Source of the DNA: Planctomycetia bacterium
GTDB lineage: Bacteria; Planctomycetota; Planctomycetia; Gemmatales; HRBIN36
NCBI GenBank assembly: GCA_016795155.1
Contig: JAEUIE010000054.1
Location: forward strand, 1,755-65,754
DNA length: 64,000 nucleotides
Direction of reading: 5' to 3'
The position numbers and the translations under genes are program-made. Positions within the stretch are counted from its first letter, which is position 1. Every line of letters starts with the position of its first letter. The notes under the pieces were generated by a model. The model saw only the letters and a list, made by a program, of their open reading frames with translations. It ran no database searches and was not told the origin of the DNA. Shown here one piece after another: positions 53,633 to 63,758 of this stretch.

Positions 53633-55732
53633 TTACTTCTTCAGCAACTCATTCACCAGATCGGTGGTGCCGTACACGCTCTTGAGCGATTCCATGATGC
53701 CTCGGCAATCAACGGAGACGGCACGAGCGATCACATCGCTGTAGGCATAATCGAGCACGAGCGACTGGATGTTGCCATCGAAGATGATGCCTACGAATTC
53801 ACCCTTGCGATCCACCACGGGAGAACCGGAGTTGCCACCGATGATGTCGGCGGTGCTGACAAAGTTGAAAGGTGTATCAAGCTTCATCTTGTCCTTGGCT
53901 TTATGCCAGCTGTCAGGCAGCTTGAAGGGGTCTTGCCCGCCTTGAGCCTTGCTGCGTTCAAACGCGCCGCCAAGGGTGGTATAAGGAGCAATCTGCTGAC
54001 CATTTTCTTCAAAGCCCTTGATGGGGCCGAAGGAGAGTCGCAGGGTGAAAGTAGCATCTGGGTAAACGCCGGTACCCTGGACAGCAAAGCGTGCCTTGGC
54101 GATCTTGGCATAAGCCTGTCGCTGAGGTTCTTCCACATTCTCTTCAAACTGCTTACGTATTCTACGTGCTTCCTCATCCACGATTTTTGCAACACCGATC
54201 ATCGGATCGCTGCTGGCAGCCACTGCGTCCTTGCCACCTTCGTACAGCTTCTTGCGTTCGCTGACCTGATTCAGCTTGGAGCCACGAACCAGTTCTGCAG
54301 CACGATCGCGAGGGGACTTGCCGGCGAGAATTTTCTTCACCAGCGGATGATCCACTCCAGCCAGTTCGACCATCATGCCGAGTGAATCCGCCAGTTCAAC
54401 GATTTCGAGGTTCTCATGGATCGGAGCCTCGGAGAACAGATCCATTTCGAGGGATTTCAGCCCGGACTGACGGAATTCGCGAAGACGTTCACCATCGGGC
54501 TTGGCACGTTCATCAGCAGCACGCAAGAGGGTGCGGGCTTTGCCGAAGAGATGGCTGTTGAAGGCCTGGCCTCGTTCCCAGAGGTTGTAGTCGATGAAGT
54601 ATTCACGGGCATACTTGAGCGTCGTTTCTACCTCGGCCCATGCCGTCTGGTAATCTTTCAGCTTGGGGTCCTTGGCGACTGATTCACGCAGATCAGCTTC
54701 TTCCTTGGCTTTGCGACCCATCAAGGCTGGGTCCTGCAAACCGGCCAGTCCACCCAGACGTGCCTTGCGGCTGTTCTGAATGCCAAACAGGTCGTCCTGA
54801 GCTTCCTGGGCATTACTCTTGCTGCGGTCGCTATAGGTCTTAAGCATGACTTCCAAACGACGCAGCCAGTTGAGCTGATAGGGAGCCAGCTTGTCGCGGA
54901 TGTATTCCAGGTGTGCCATAGTCAGCCCGCGGCTGGTGCGGCCGGGGTGGCCGGAGACGAAAGTCAGGTCGCCTTCCTTAGTTCCGGTTTCGCTCCATTT
55001 CAGATAGTGTTCAGGCTGAGCTGGTTTGCCATCTTCGTAAGCACGGAAGAAGCATACATCGAGATCGTATCGGGGATATTCGAAGTTGTCTGGATCGCCG
55101 CCGAAGAACGCAATGTCCTTTTCAGGAGCAAACACCAGACGGACATCAGTATATTTCTTGAACTGGTAGAGATGATAAGCGCCGCCGTTGTACAGTGTCA
55201 CAACATCGGCACGGAATTTCTTGTCATCCTTTCCTTCGAGCGCCTTGGCTTCAATTTCGGTCATGGCTTTGCGACGGGCCAGACCGGCATCAGCAGCCGA
55301 CATGCCTTCTTTCACAGCAGCGTTGACCTTGTCTGTCACATCAGTGATGGAAAGGAGCACATTGAGTTCGAGGTCCTTGGCGGGGATTTCTTCCGCAGCA
55401 GTTTTGGCGTAGTAGCCGATGTTGAGGTAATCCTTTTCCTTGGTACTGATCTTCTGGAGTGTGTCGGCACCGACATGGTGATTGGTGAGCACCAGGCCGT
55501 TCGCGGAAACAAAGCTTCCTGATCCACCACTATTGAAGCGCACCGAGGACATGCGCAAGTGGTCGAGCCATTCTTTGGTTGGTTCAAAGTTGTAGCGTTC
55601 TTTCAGAACCTTGAGCGGTGGGTTGTTGTAAAGCCACATGCCTTCATCGGAATGCAGCAGGGTGGTACTGGTCATGGCAAGCAGTCCCGTCAGGGCGAGT
55701 CGGCTCGCCCATCGTTTCAAAAATGTTGGCAC
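53633..55732 (-). CDS. S46 family peptidase (dipeptidyl-peptidase 7/11-like)
   Basis: A signal peptide is followed by SDEGMWLYNNPP, GGSGSFVSANGLVLTNHHV (catalytic His region) and GGNSGSPVVD (catalytic Ser). Confidence 0.9.
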   Translation of the reverse strand: MPTFLKRWASRLALTGLLAMTSTTLLHSDEGMWLYNNPPLKVLKERYNFEPTKEWLDHLRMSSVRFNSGGSGSFVSANGLVLTNHHVGADTLQKISTKEKDYLNIGYYAKTAAEEIPAKDLELNVLLSITDVTDKVNAAVKEGMSAADAGLARRKAMTEIEAKALEGKDDKKFRADVVTLYNGGAYHLYQFKKYTDVRLVFAPEKDIAFFGGDPDNFEYPRYDLDVCFFRAYEDGKPAQPEHYLKWSETGTKEGDLTFVSGHPGRTSRGLTMAHLEYIRDKLAPYQLNWLRRLEVMLKTYSDRSKSNAQEAQDDLFGIQNSRKARLGGLAGLQDPALMGRKAKEEADLRESVAKDPKLKDYQTAWAEVETTLKYAREYFIDYNLWERGQAFNSHLFGKARTLLRAADERAKPDGERLREFRQSGLKSLEMDLFSEAPIHENLEIVELADSLGMMVELAGVDHPLVKKILAGKSPRDRAAELVRGSKLNQVSERKKLYEGGKDAVAASSDPMIGVAKIVDEEARRIRKQFEENVEEPQRQAYAKIAKARFAVQGTGVYPDATFTLRLSFGPIKGFEENGQQIAPYTTLGGAFERSKAQGGQDPFKLPDSWHKAKDKMKLDTPFNFVSTADIIGGNSGSPVVDRKGEFVGIIFDGNIQSLVLDYAYSDVIARAVSVDCRGIMESLKSVYGTTDLVNELLKK

Positions 55733-55992
55733 TGATGTTCTCCAGGAGAGGTTAAGACAGGGATGATTGTTATAGCGAAAACAGGGTCAAGTTGCCTGTT
55801 TTTAAGGCTGTTTGAAACTTGCAGTAATAACGAGGTCTGGCATTCCGTGTTTACCACAATTTCGATAATCCCTCCCCCAGTATTCGTACTGGCACAGGGA
55901 AAAGAGTTGAACTTGGAACGTCAGCCAGTCAGAATGAAATACGAAGTGGAACAACTACAACACATTAATTCCTGGGGAACGGAAGAATACTT

Positions 55993-58900
55993 GTGGGCCC
56001 CCTGGTTCTGCTGCATACCGTACTGATCGGCTTTTTTGCGTTTGCTGCCTTCTATCACCTGATGTTGTGGTGGCAGGCAAAACGTGACAGACTGCTTGCA
56101 GCCTTCAGCATCAATTGTTTTCTTCATGCCATCTTCTGTTATGTGCTGGTCGGCATCATGCAGACTGCCTCGATTGATGTAGCCAACTCTCTGCAGCAGT
56201 CACGCTTGTTCATTGCCATCCTGCTGCTACTTACGTGGCTGTGGTGCATGGTCTATCTCACCGGCGTTCGGCCACGATGGTTTGTTGACCCAGTATCGAT
56301 TTTTTTGCTGATACTAGGACTGATACATACGTTGCTGGTTCCCATCAATCCAGCAGTCAAGTCGGTTGAATCGTTTACGCTGCCCTGGAACGAAGTGATT
56401 CATACACCTCAACTGGGCTCGCCCGGGTGGTGGATTATTCTGCACTACGTGATTATCGTGGTGATGGATGGCTTCGTATTGTATTGCAGTTATCTGTACA
56501 GCAGGAAGGATCGACTGGCAGGCAACCTGCTGATCTTAAGCACATCAGGTATCATCCTGCTTCATCTTCTGGACCTGGTTCGCAGTACAGGTCTGATCAC
56601 GTTCCCCTATATCGGTGTTTTTGTCCATCTCTTGTTTGTCCTGGTGATTGCGTATGTTATCGCCCGGCGGAATCAGCAGGTGCGAGTACAGTTGATTGCC
56701 AATGAAGAACGACTGCGAACCCTGAGTGAACAGGCTATGGATGGCATTTTCATAGCAGATACCCGTGGAAATTATGTAGACGTGAATATGGCCGGTGCAG
56801 AAATGCTGGGGTATACCCGTGAAGAAATCCTTTCCAAGAACATTACCGACCTGGTAACAGCGGAAGAAATGGAACGGGTTGCACCGGAATTGCAGCAATT
56901 AATGGCAGGGTTGCCGACTCGTCAAGAATGGCACTTCCGCTGCAAGGATGGTTCAACGCTCATCGGTGAAGTCAACGCCCGGATGCTGCCTGACGGCCGG
57001 GTGCTGGGCGTTTTGCGAGATACCACGGAACGTTCCCGTTCCGAAGCAGCCTTGCGGGAAAGCGAGGAATGGTTGAGGCTGACCAACGAATCGGCCAGCA
57101 TTGGAACGTACGATATTGATCTCATCACGGGCAAGGCACGCTATTCCCCCGTCATGTGCGGGATCCTCGGCATTCCGGGTGGCACGGTCTATCATCGCTC
57201 CGAAGCAATGAAGTTTTTCCATCCGGAAGATATGGACAAAATGGTGAAGCTGATCCAGAGTTCGGAAGAGCCGGGCAGTGATGGTGCAATACACAGTGAA
57301 CACCGCATCATCAGGCCTAATGGTGAAGTGCGCTGGCTGGCCTGGAGTGGCCGCACGCTGTTTGACGAAGGCAAGCCGGTTCGCGCCATCGGCGCCAGCA
57401 TGGATATTACTGATCGCAAACAGGCTGAGGAAACGATTCGCCAGATTGTGGAAGGAATAGCCCCCACTACGGGTCGAAATTTCTTTGTCACGTTAGCCAA
57501 TCACCTGTGCCGGGCCTGCCGGGTGGATTATGCATTGATCGGTGCGATTGATCCAGGCAGTCCCCGGCAGGTGCGAACCCTGGCCAGTTCGCATCGTGGC
57601 GAAATCATTGACAACATCACTTACCAGCTCGCTCATACTCCATGCGAAAGTATCACGCGTGGTGACCTGTGCCATTTCCCCAATGGAGTCGCCCGAGTTT
57701 ACCCGCAGGATAAGATGCTGGCGGATTTGAAAATCGACAGTTACATGGGCATCCCCCTCAAATCGAACAGCGGGCAGGTTCTGGGGTTGATTGCTCTTCT
57801 CCATCATGCTCCACTCCATCAGCCTCAGCAGGCGGAAACCATTCTGCGCGTGGTGGCAGCACGGGCCACTGCGGAACTGGAGCGTGAGCTTTCTGAAACT
57901 GCCCGTAATGAGGCGGAACGGGCCATGCATGAACAGGAAGCATTTCTTCGCATGGCCCAGGAAGCAGCACATATCGGCAGCTGGGAATGGGATGTACGTA
58001 CCAATCTGTTCAAATGGTCGTCGGAACTGGCTCGCATGCATGGCATCAAACTGAGTGAGTTCGATGGCACGCTGTCCATGGTGAAGTCTTTTGTGCACCC
58101 GGATGATATCGCTGTTCTGGAAAAAACCCTTTCCGTAGTACCGACAGGCGGACAGGTCAACCCCTTCGATTTTCGGATCAGGCAGCGCACTGGCAACATA
58201 CGTGATCTGTGGGTGCTGAGCAAAATCTATCGTGATGAGCAGGGAAATCCTTCGCGCGTCATTGGAGTTGCCATCGATATTACGGAACGCAAGCTGGCGG
58301 AAGCCAAGCAAAGGCAACTTGAGGCACAACTGGCACAGGCACAGAAGATGGAAACCATCGGTCGCCTGGCGGGTGGCGTCGCCCATGATTTCAACAATCT
58401 GCTCACCGTCATCAATGGCTACAACGAACTGCTTCGCACCATGACGCCCAGCGACGACAGTCGATCCACCATGCTGGAAGTGATTCATGATGCCGGCGAA
58501 CGGGCCGCTGCACTGACCAGGCAACTGCTTACCTTCAGCCGACAGCAGGTAGTGGAACCTCGCGTGCTGGATTTGAACACCGTGGTCTCAGACACCGACA
58601 AGCTGTTGCGACGGTTGATTGGTGAAGATGTCCGCCTGGTGACCCGGCTGGCTCAGCAACTCTCACCGGTTCATGCAGATCCGGGACAGATCGGGCAGGT
58701 CATTGTCAACCTGGCTGTCAACTCGCGGGATGCCATGCCCCAGGGCGGACAACTGACCTTGGAGACTTCCAATGTCACGGTTGATACGGCACTGGCGGAT
58801 CAGCACCGTGGGGTGAAGCCCGGTTCCTTTGTCATGTTGTCCGTCACGGACACTGGCAGTGGCATGAGCGCCGAGATTCAGTCAAAAATCTTCGAGCCAT

Positions 58901-59535
58901 TCTTCACCACCAAAGGGCCGGGGCGTGGGACCGGCCTGGGATTGGCCACGGTGCGTACCATCGCGGAGGAAGGCGGTGGATTTATCACCGTTTCCAGCGC
59001 CCCTGGAAAAGGCAGTACCTTTCGGTTGTATCTACCAGTCGTGGATGTTCGCGAAGCTCCACCCGCCCGGCAGCGAAAAGATGCAGCACTGCCCCGTGGA
59101 CGCGAAACCATTCTGCTGGTGGAAGATGAGGAAGCTGTCCGCACGGTTACCCGAAAGATTCTGCAGCAGGCAGGGTACCAGGTGGTAGAAGCGGTAGGCG
59201 GACTGGAAGCGCTCAAACTCAGCGAAGATTATCAGGGACGTATTGATATGCTCGTCACCGATGTGGTGATGCCGGGCCTGGGTGGCCGAGAACTGGTGGC
59301 AAAACTCAGCGAGCAGCGACGTAGCCTGAAAGTGCTCTTTTTAAGTGGATACACGGCTGACGCCCTGTTTCGCGATGATGTCCAGCAGGCTGACATAGCC
59401 TTTCTGCAGAAGCCTTTCACTCTCAGTTCTCTCACGCGCAAGGTACGCGAAGTGCTGGACGATCATGTGAAACAGCCAGCAGCCAGTGGTGCAGGATCAG
59501 CGCAACCAGACGGGCTTCAGACACAGTTGTCCTGA
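55993..59535 (+). CDS. Hybrid sensor histidine kinase/response regulator (7TMR-DISM, PAS x3, GAF, HisKA, HATPase, REC)
   Basis: It has seven N-terminal TM helices and several PAS blocks (the DITERK/DITDRK boundaries). The H-box is GGVAHDFNNLL. The N/G boxes are NLAVNSRDAM, DTGSGM and GTGLGLA. The receiver domain carries ILLVEDEE...DMLVTDVVMPG. Confidence 0.9.
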   Translation: MGPLVLLHTVLIGFFAFAAFYHLMLWWQAKRDRLLAAFSINCFLHAIFCYVLVGIMQTASIDVANSLQQSRLFIAILLLLTWLWCMVYLTGVRPRWFVDPVSIFLLILGLIHTLLVPINPAVKSVESFTLPWNEVIHTPQLGSPGWWIILHYVIIVVMDGFVLYCSYLYSRKDRLAGNLLILSTSGIILLHLLDLVRSTGLITFPYIGVFVHLLFVLVIAYVIARRNQQVRVQLIANEERLRTLSEQAMDGIFIADTRGNYVDVNMAGAEMLGYTREEILSKNITDLVTAEEMERVAPELQQLMAGLPTRQEWHFRCKDGSTLIGEVNARMLPDGRVLGVLRDTTERSRSEAALRESEEWLRLTNESASIGTYDIDLITGKARYSPVMCGILGIPGGTVYHRSEAMKFFHPEDMDKMVKLIQSSEEPGSDGAIHSEHRIIRPNGEVRWLAWSGRTLFDEGKPVRAIGASMDITDRKQAEETIRQIVEGIAPTTGRNFFVTLANHLCRACRVDYALIGAIDPGSPRQVRTLASSHRGEIIDNITYQLAHTPCESITRGDLCHFPNGVARVYPQDKMLADLKIDSYMGIPLKSNSGQVLGLIALLHHAPLHQPQQAETILRVVAARATAELERELSETARNEAERAMHEQEAFLRMAQEAAHIGSWEWDVRTNLFKWSSELARMHGIKLSEFDGTLSMVKSFVHPDDIAVLEKTLSVVPTGGQVNPFDFRIRQRTGNIRDLWVLSKIYRDEQGNPSRVIGVAIDITERKLAEAKQRQLEAQLAQAQKMETIGRLAGGVAHDFNNLLTVINGYNELLRTMTPSDDSRSTMLEVIHDAGERAAALTRQLLTFSRQQVVEPRVLDLNTVVSDTDKLLRRLIGEDVRLVTRLAQQLSPVHADPGQIGQVIVNLAVNSRDAMPQGGQLTLETSNVTVDTALADQHRGVKPGSFVMLSVTDTGSGMSAEIQSKIFEPFFTTKGPGRGTGLGLATVRTIAEEGGGFITVSSAPGKGSTFRLYLPVVDVREAPPARQRKDAALPRGRETILLVEDEEAVRTVTRKILQQAGYQVVEAVGGLEALKLSEDYQGRIDMLVTDVVMPGLGGRELVAKLSEQRRSLKVLFLSGYTADALFRDDVQQADIAFLQKPFTLSSLTRKVREVLDDHVKQPAASGAGSAQPDGLQTQLS

Positions 59536-59633
59536 ATCCCATACCCGGCTGCAAGCCTTTTGAATAACCGGGTTGCATCATATGATAACCCTGTGGCAGG
59601 GTCGTGAATCACCCCCTGCTTCAAGGGAGTCAC

Positions 59634-60785
59634 ATGTCTCGGTTGAAGTCGATCATCGCATTGCTGATCTTTCTGGGGCTTGGAGGCGGTGCGTGGGCCG
59701 TCTGGTATTACTGGAATGGCAAGAAAGACGATATTCGCCTGGCTGGTGTAGTGGAATCACAGGAAGTGCGACTGGGTTCCAAAATTGGCGGACGTGTCGA
59801 AGAACTACTCGTGGCAGAGGGAGACATCACCAAGCCGGGACAGGTTCTGGTCAAACTGGCGGTACCCGAACTGCAGGCTCAAGTGCTGCAAGCGAAGGCC
59901 CGTGTGGCAGTAGCCCAGGCAGCACGCGATAAGGCAATCAACGGCTATCTGCCTGAAGAGCGTACTGCCGCCCAGGGAGCCTACGATGCAGCCAGGGCCC
60001 GGCACGAACGCCTGGTGGCAGGCTGGCGCGATCAGGAAAAGAAACTGGTGCGTGCAGAGCTGGAAGTAGCTGAAGCTGATCTGCTGCAGGCCAATGCTGA
60101 ATTTGATCGTGTCAAAACGCTGCTCTACAAAAACCCAGGCGCCACTTCGCAGAAAGAAGTGGATGATGCTAGGAAGATGCGTGACCGCGCCCAGGCACAG
60201 GTGAATGCAGCACTGGCCAAGGTGGACATGATGACGCGCGAAGGTTCCCGCAAGGAAGATATCGCAGAAGCCGCTGGTGATATGCTGCGAGCCAAATCAC
60301 AACTCGATCTGATCGTCCGAGGCATCCGGGAAGAAGACAAGGCTGCAGCGGAGGCGGAACTCGCTGCCCAGAAAGCACGCCTGGTTGAACTGGAAGCCAA
60401 TCTCGCTGAAGCGGATATACGATCGCCCGGCATTGCCCGCATTGAAGTGATTGCGGTACGCCCCGGGGATCTCGTACTCCCCAACCAGGCCGTGGTACGA
60501 ATTTTGAAGACGGAAGACTGCTGGGTGAAAGTGTTTGTCCCCGAAACCAAGCTAGGTCGTGTTGTAAAAGGACATGCTGCCCTGGTGTCGATTGACAGCC
60601 ATTCGGGCAGAAAGTTCAAAGGGAAAGTCACACACATCGCATCGATTAGCGAATTTTTGCCACGAAATGTTCAAAGCCTGGATGAACGTCGTAATCAGAT
60701 GTTTGCGGTCAAGATCACCATGACTGAACCGGAAGCTGTTGAAATATTCAAACCAGGCATGGCTGCAGAAGTCGTTTTGGAGTGA
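59634..60785 (+). CDS. HlyD-family periplasmic adaptor (YbhG-like)
   Basis: It has an N-terminal TM anchor, the lipoyl-like hairpin VRLGSKIGGRVEELLVAEGDITKPGQVLVKL, a long coiled coil, and a C-terminal beta-barrel ending MAAEVVLE. Confidence 0.8.
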   Translation: MSRLKSIIALLIFLGLGGGAWAVWYYWNGKKDDIRLAGVVESQEVRLGSKIGGRVEELLVAEGDITKPGQVLVKLAVPELQAQVLQAKARVAVAQAARDKAINGYLPEERTAAQGAYDAARARHERLVAGWRDQEKKLVRAELEVAEADLLQANAEFDRVKTLLYKNPGATSQKEVDDARKMRDRAQAQVNAALAKVDMMTREGSRKEDIAEAAGDMLRAKSQLDLIVRGIREEDKAAAEAELAAQKARLVELEANLAEADIRSPGIARIEVIAVRPGDLVLPNQAVVRILKTEDCWVKVFVPETKLGRVVKGHAALVSIDSHSGRKFKGKVTHIASISEFLPRNVQSLDERRNQMFAVKITMTEPEAVEIFKPGMAAEVVLE

Positions 60786-60939
60786 CCTCTCCTGTTAGGT
60801 ACTTCATGTGTATTCGAATCCAACTTAATGATATCTTTATTCATGAATTAGAAGATGATGAGGTGTTTTGATTCCACTATTTTCAGATGATATGGTGATG
60901 ACTATCTATTCCAGTATCTTCGTGTAATGGAATCCTCCC

Positions 60940-61494
60940 GTGAACTGGCGAATTATCGTCTTATCCCTTGGTGTGTTGCTTGGCATATCGATGCTGACCG
61001 CAGGCATCATCGAGTACAAGAATCGCAGACCGGATTATTACGACAAGCTTGAAAAAATGTTGACGTGGGAAGCAGAGAATCTGCTGAAAGATCCGCGGTA
61101 TGCGCAGCAGTTTATCCGCACCGGTCCGCCGGAAGAGTCTTACAATTGCCACGGCTGGACCTTTGCGCGTGGCCGACGTGCACTGGATATTTCTGAAGTG
61201 AAAATGCAACTGTCCAATGGGCCGTATCGAAAAGTGCAGGTTCCAGAATCGGGCGACATTGTCATCTATTACGATGACCAGGGGGAAATCTGTCATAGTG
61301 GAGTTGTGAAAGCTACGGGCCGTAATGGTTTTGTTCTTGTGGAAAGCAAGTGGGGTTCAGCTGGTCGTTTTCTCCACATGCTGAGACTACCGAAGGTACA
61401 AGCGCAGCACGAATTTTACCGCCGAAGCATCCGTGGGCCACGGACGACCATCCCCCGGGCAGAAAAAATCAACATCAGTCCAATCATCGATTAA
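60940..61494 (+). CDS. Membrane-anchored hypothetical protein, possible papain-like (NlpC/P60/CHAP-type) Cys-His fold
   Basis: An N-terminal TM helix is followed by YNCHGWTF...GDIVIYYDDQGEICHSGVV, giving a Cys...His spacing typical of small thiol hydrolases. It has a GTG start. Confidence 0.35.
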   Translation: MNWRIIVLSLGVLLGISMLTAGIIEYKNRRPDYYDKLEKMLTWEAENLLKDPRYAQQFIRTGPPEESYNCHGWTFARGRRALDISEVKMQLSNGPYRKVQVPESGDIVIYYDDQGEICHSGVVKATGRNGFVLVESKWGSAGRFLHMLRLPKVQAQHEFYRRSIRGPRTTIPRAEKINISPIID

Positions 61495-61561
61495 ACCCGG
61501 TTTTGTGTTGCAAAATCCAGTCACCTGAGGCAGCATGTGAGCAACTCACAAGGATTCTGCC

Positions 61562-62059
61562 ATGCCTGCCATTCGTTACGAAGAGCCTGGGGATGTGGCT
61601 GCGATTCATAATGTAGCCAGGTCAGCCTTTCCGACGGAAGAAGAAGCGATCCTGATCCGCAATCTCCGCGAATCAGGCCATCTGTGTGTGAGCCTGGTAG
61701 CGGAAGAACAGGGATATGTGATCGGTCACATTGCCTTCAGTCCGGTAACGATTAATGGACAGAATGGCGGACTGGGCCTGGCACCGGTGAGTGTCAAGCC
61801 GGAGTTTCAGAATAAGGGCATTGGTGGTGAACTGGTGTCGCAGGGGCTCCTCGCTGCCCGCCGATATGGAGCAGGGTATGTTGTCGTGTTAGGACATTCG
61901 CATTACTATCCGCGGTTTGGCTTTCAAAATGCCCGAGCGCTGGGCTTTCAAAACGAATTTGGGGCCGATGAATCGTTCATGATCATAGAACTGGAACCTG
62001 GCGCACTTCCATCAGGTGGCTTGGTGAAGTATGGGGAAGAATTCCAGGCGTGGAGCTAG
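61562..62059 (+). CDS. GNAT family N-acetyltransferase (YhbS-like)
   Basis: GHIAFSPV...LAPVSVKPEFQNKGIGGELV...VVVLGHSHYYPRFGF fits the COG3153 pattern. Confidence 0.8.
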   Translation: MPAIRYEEPGDVAAIHNVARSAFPTEEEAILIRNLRESGHLCVSLVAEEQGYVIGHIAFSPVTINGQNGGLGLAPVSVKPEFQNKGIGGELVSQGLLAARRYGAGYVVVLGHSHYYPRFGFQNARALGFQNEFGADESFMIIELEPGALPSGGLVKYGEEFQAWS

Positions 62060-62061
62060 CA

Positions 62062-62550
62062 TTACCCCAACCATTCAGGGGAAACGAGCAGCACCAACTC
62101 CCCTTCGGCCTTGCGAGGCGAGCTTTTGCAGTCTACACAGGCCAAGGCGCCTTTAGACATTTTGATCCGGGCATCCTTGTCGCCGATGAGATAGGCAATG
62201 TGGTCGCCTACCTCAGGGTTATGGCCCACGAGCAGTACGTTTTCAATTTCCAGCGTTCGCAGGTACTTCATCAGCTTTTTGGTAGAACCACCGGGTGCCA
62301 GCAGATCAAGATCATTGACCTCGGCAGTCGTGCGGCCCAGTTGTTCCATTAACAACTCTGCACTTTCCCGACAACGCTTGAGAGGACTGGTCAACACCAG
62401 GTCAAGGCGGATATCGCGCTGACTTAGCGTTTTGGCAAGCAGCTTCACCTGTTCACGACCTTTTTCCGAGAGAGGCCTTTCCTCATCGCAGGTAATGGTT
62501 TCGCCATCCATGTCCAGTGCGTCGGCATGTCGCAGGATGTACAGTTGCAT
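62062..62550 (-). CDS. sixA: Phosphohistidine phosphatase SixA
   Basis: MQLYILRHADA is the RHG-type catalytic motif. PLSEKGREQ and LLVGHNPEVG also fit. The size of about 160 aa is right for the family. Confidence 0.8.
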   Translation of the reverse strand: MQLYILRHADALDMDGETITCDEERPLSEKGREQVKLLAKTLSQRDIRLDLVLTSPLKRCRESAELLMEQLGRTTAEVNDLDLLAPGGSTKKLMKYLRTLEIENVLLVGHNPEVGDHIAYLIGDKDARIKMSKGALACVDCKSSPRKAEGELVLLVSPEWLG

Positions 62551-62673
62551 GGTGCTCTTCCCCAAGGTGTAGAGAAATGATAACGTTCTCTTTCCCGCTG
62601 CCAAGCTTGGAATTGATCACTTTGATCGAACTTCACAAAAACGTACTGTTACCATTGTCCCCAGGTAAACGTT

Positions 62674-63066
62674 ATGACCCGAGCACAATTACTGCAGGCA
62701 GCCCGAAAAGCCAGGACACAAGCCATCTGCACCTATTCAGGTTTCGCGGTGGGAGCTGCCCTGCTCTCCCGTGATGGACAGGTCATCACTGGCTGCAATA
62801 TTGAGAATGCCAGCTATGGATTAACGGTGTGTGCCGAACGAGTGGCTCTGTGGAAAGCGCTCTCGGAAGGCATTACCCGGTTCAAACGCATTGTTATCGT
62901 GACCGAAAGCCCGGTGCCCACGCCACCGTGTGGAGCCTGCCGACAACTGCTCTGGGAATTTGCAGGCGACATCGAAGTGCTTCTGGGTGATCTGCAACAG
63001 GTCAGAGAGAGCCACCAGCTCCGTGCACTGTTCCCGACTCCGTTTGGTGCCAGAAACCTGAGATGA
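62674..63066 (+). CDS. cdd: Cytidine deaminase
   Basis: The motifs are FAVGAALL, the zinc ligands CAERVAL and PCGACRQLLWEF, and a size of 130 aa. Confidence 0.9.
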   Translation: MTRAQLLQAARKARTQAICTYSGFAVGAALLSRDGQVITGCNIENASYGLTVCAERVALWKALSEGITRFKRIVIVTESPVPTPPCGACRQLLWEFAGDIEVLLGDLQQVRESHQLRALFPTPFGARNLR

Positions 63067-63534
63067 TCATTTACCCAGCAAGAACACTTTCTGCCTGATA
63101 GCGCCCAGGTGATACGCCAGGTGCGCGATGCTGCCTATCGAACCTCCAAAAGAAAGCGCGCTCTCTGAGCTGTGGAAGGCGAGCGATTGACGCAGATTAT
63201 CGTAAGCCGACTTGAGAGCATCTCTGACTTTATCCCAGCCCCGATCATCAACACTGATGATAGACCAGCTTTCTTTCCATTCACGAGGTGTATGGTCGCC
63301 TCGAATCCAGTCTGCCGCGGCATTCATGCCAAAAGCGAGGTGATGCACATGGGCAACGATGGAAACACCTGCCAGCGGGCGGGAAACATCGCTGCTGGAG
63401 AGTGGTTTCAAGGTGCCCAGGAGGCCGGCGTCTTCACGGGCATCGGTAAAATAGCTCCAGGGGTTTTTGGGGCCTTCAAAACCTTCCTGCAAGACAGCCA
63501 GCAGTTGCCCCATGATGGATTCATTGTTGATCAT
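63067..63534 (-). CDS. DinB-family (DinB_2) protein
   Basis: 155 aa with a four-helix-bundle pattern and conserved His positions (VAHVHHLAF...HLAYHLG). Confidence 0.65.
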   Translation of the reverse strand: MINNESIMGQLLAVLQEGFEGPKNPWSYFTDAREDAGLLGTLKPLSSSDVSRPLAGVSIVAHVHHLAFGMNAAADWIRGDHTPREWKESWSIISVDDRGWDKVRDALKSAYDNLRQSLAFHSSESALSFGGSIGSIAHLAYHLGAIRQKVFLLGK

Positions 63535-63758
63535 GACGACTACTCCCGTGGATCAATTCAGCATTCAGTATGACACTTCGGAGCACAGTTGTCACGCAAG
63601 AAGCACATCAGCAGGTGATAGCATCGTTACTATCGTCAGGCTCGTTACGGTCTTCGGTTTCGATGTGCCAGTCGCGGGAAATCCCTACCGCTTAGGCTGG
63701 TGAATCGGGTAAACTGGTAAAGAGTAGACGTCTTGATAAACCGCCAAAGGTTTGCCTC

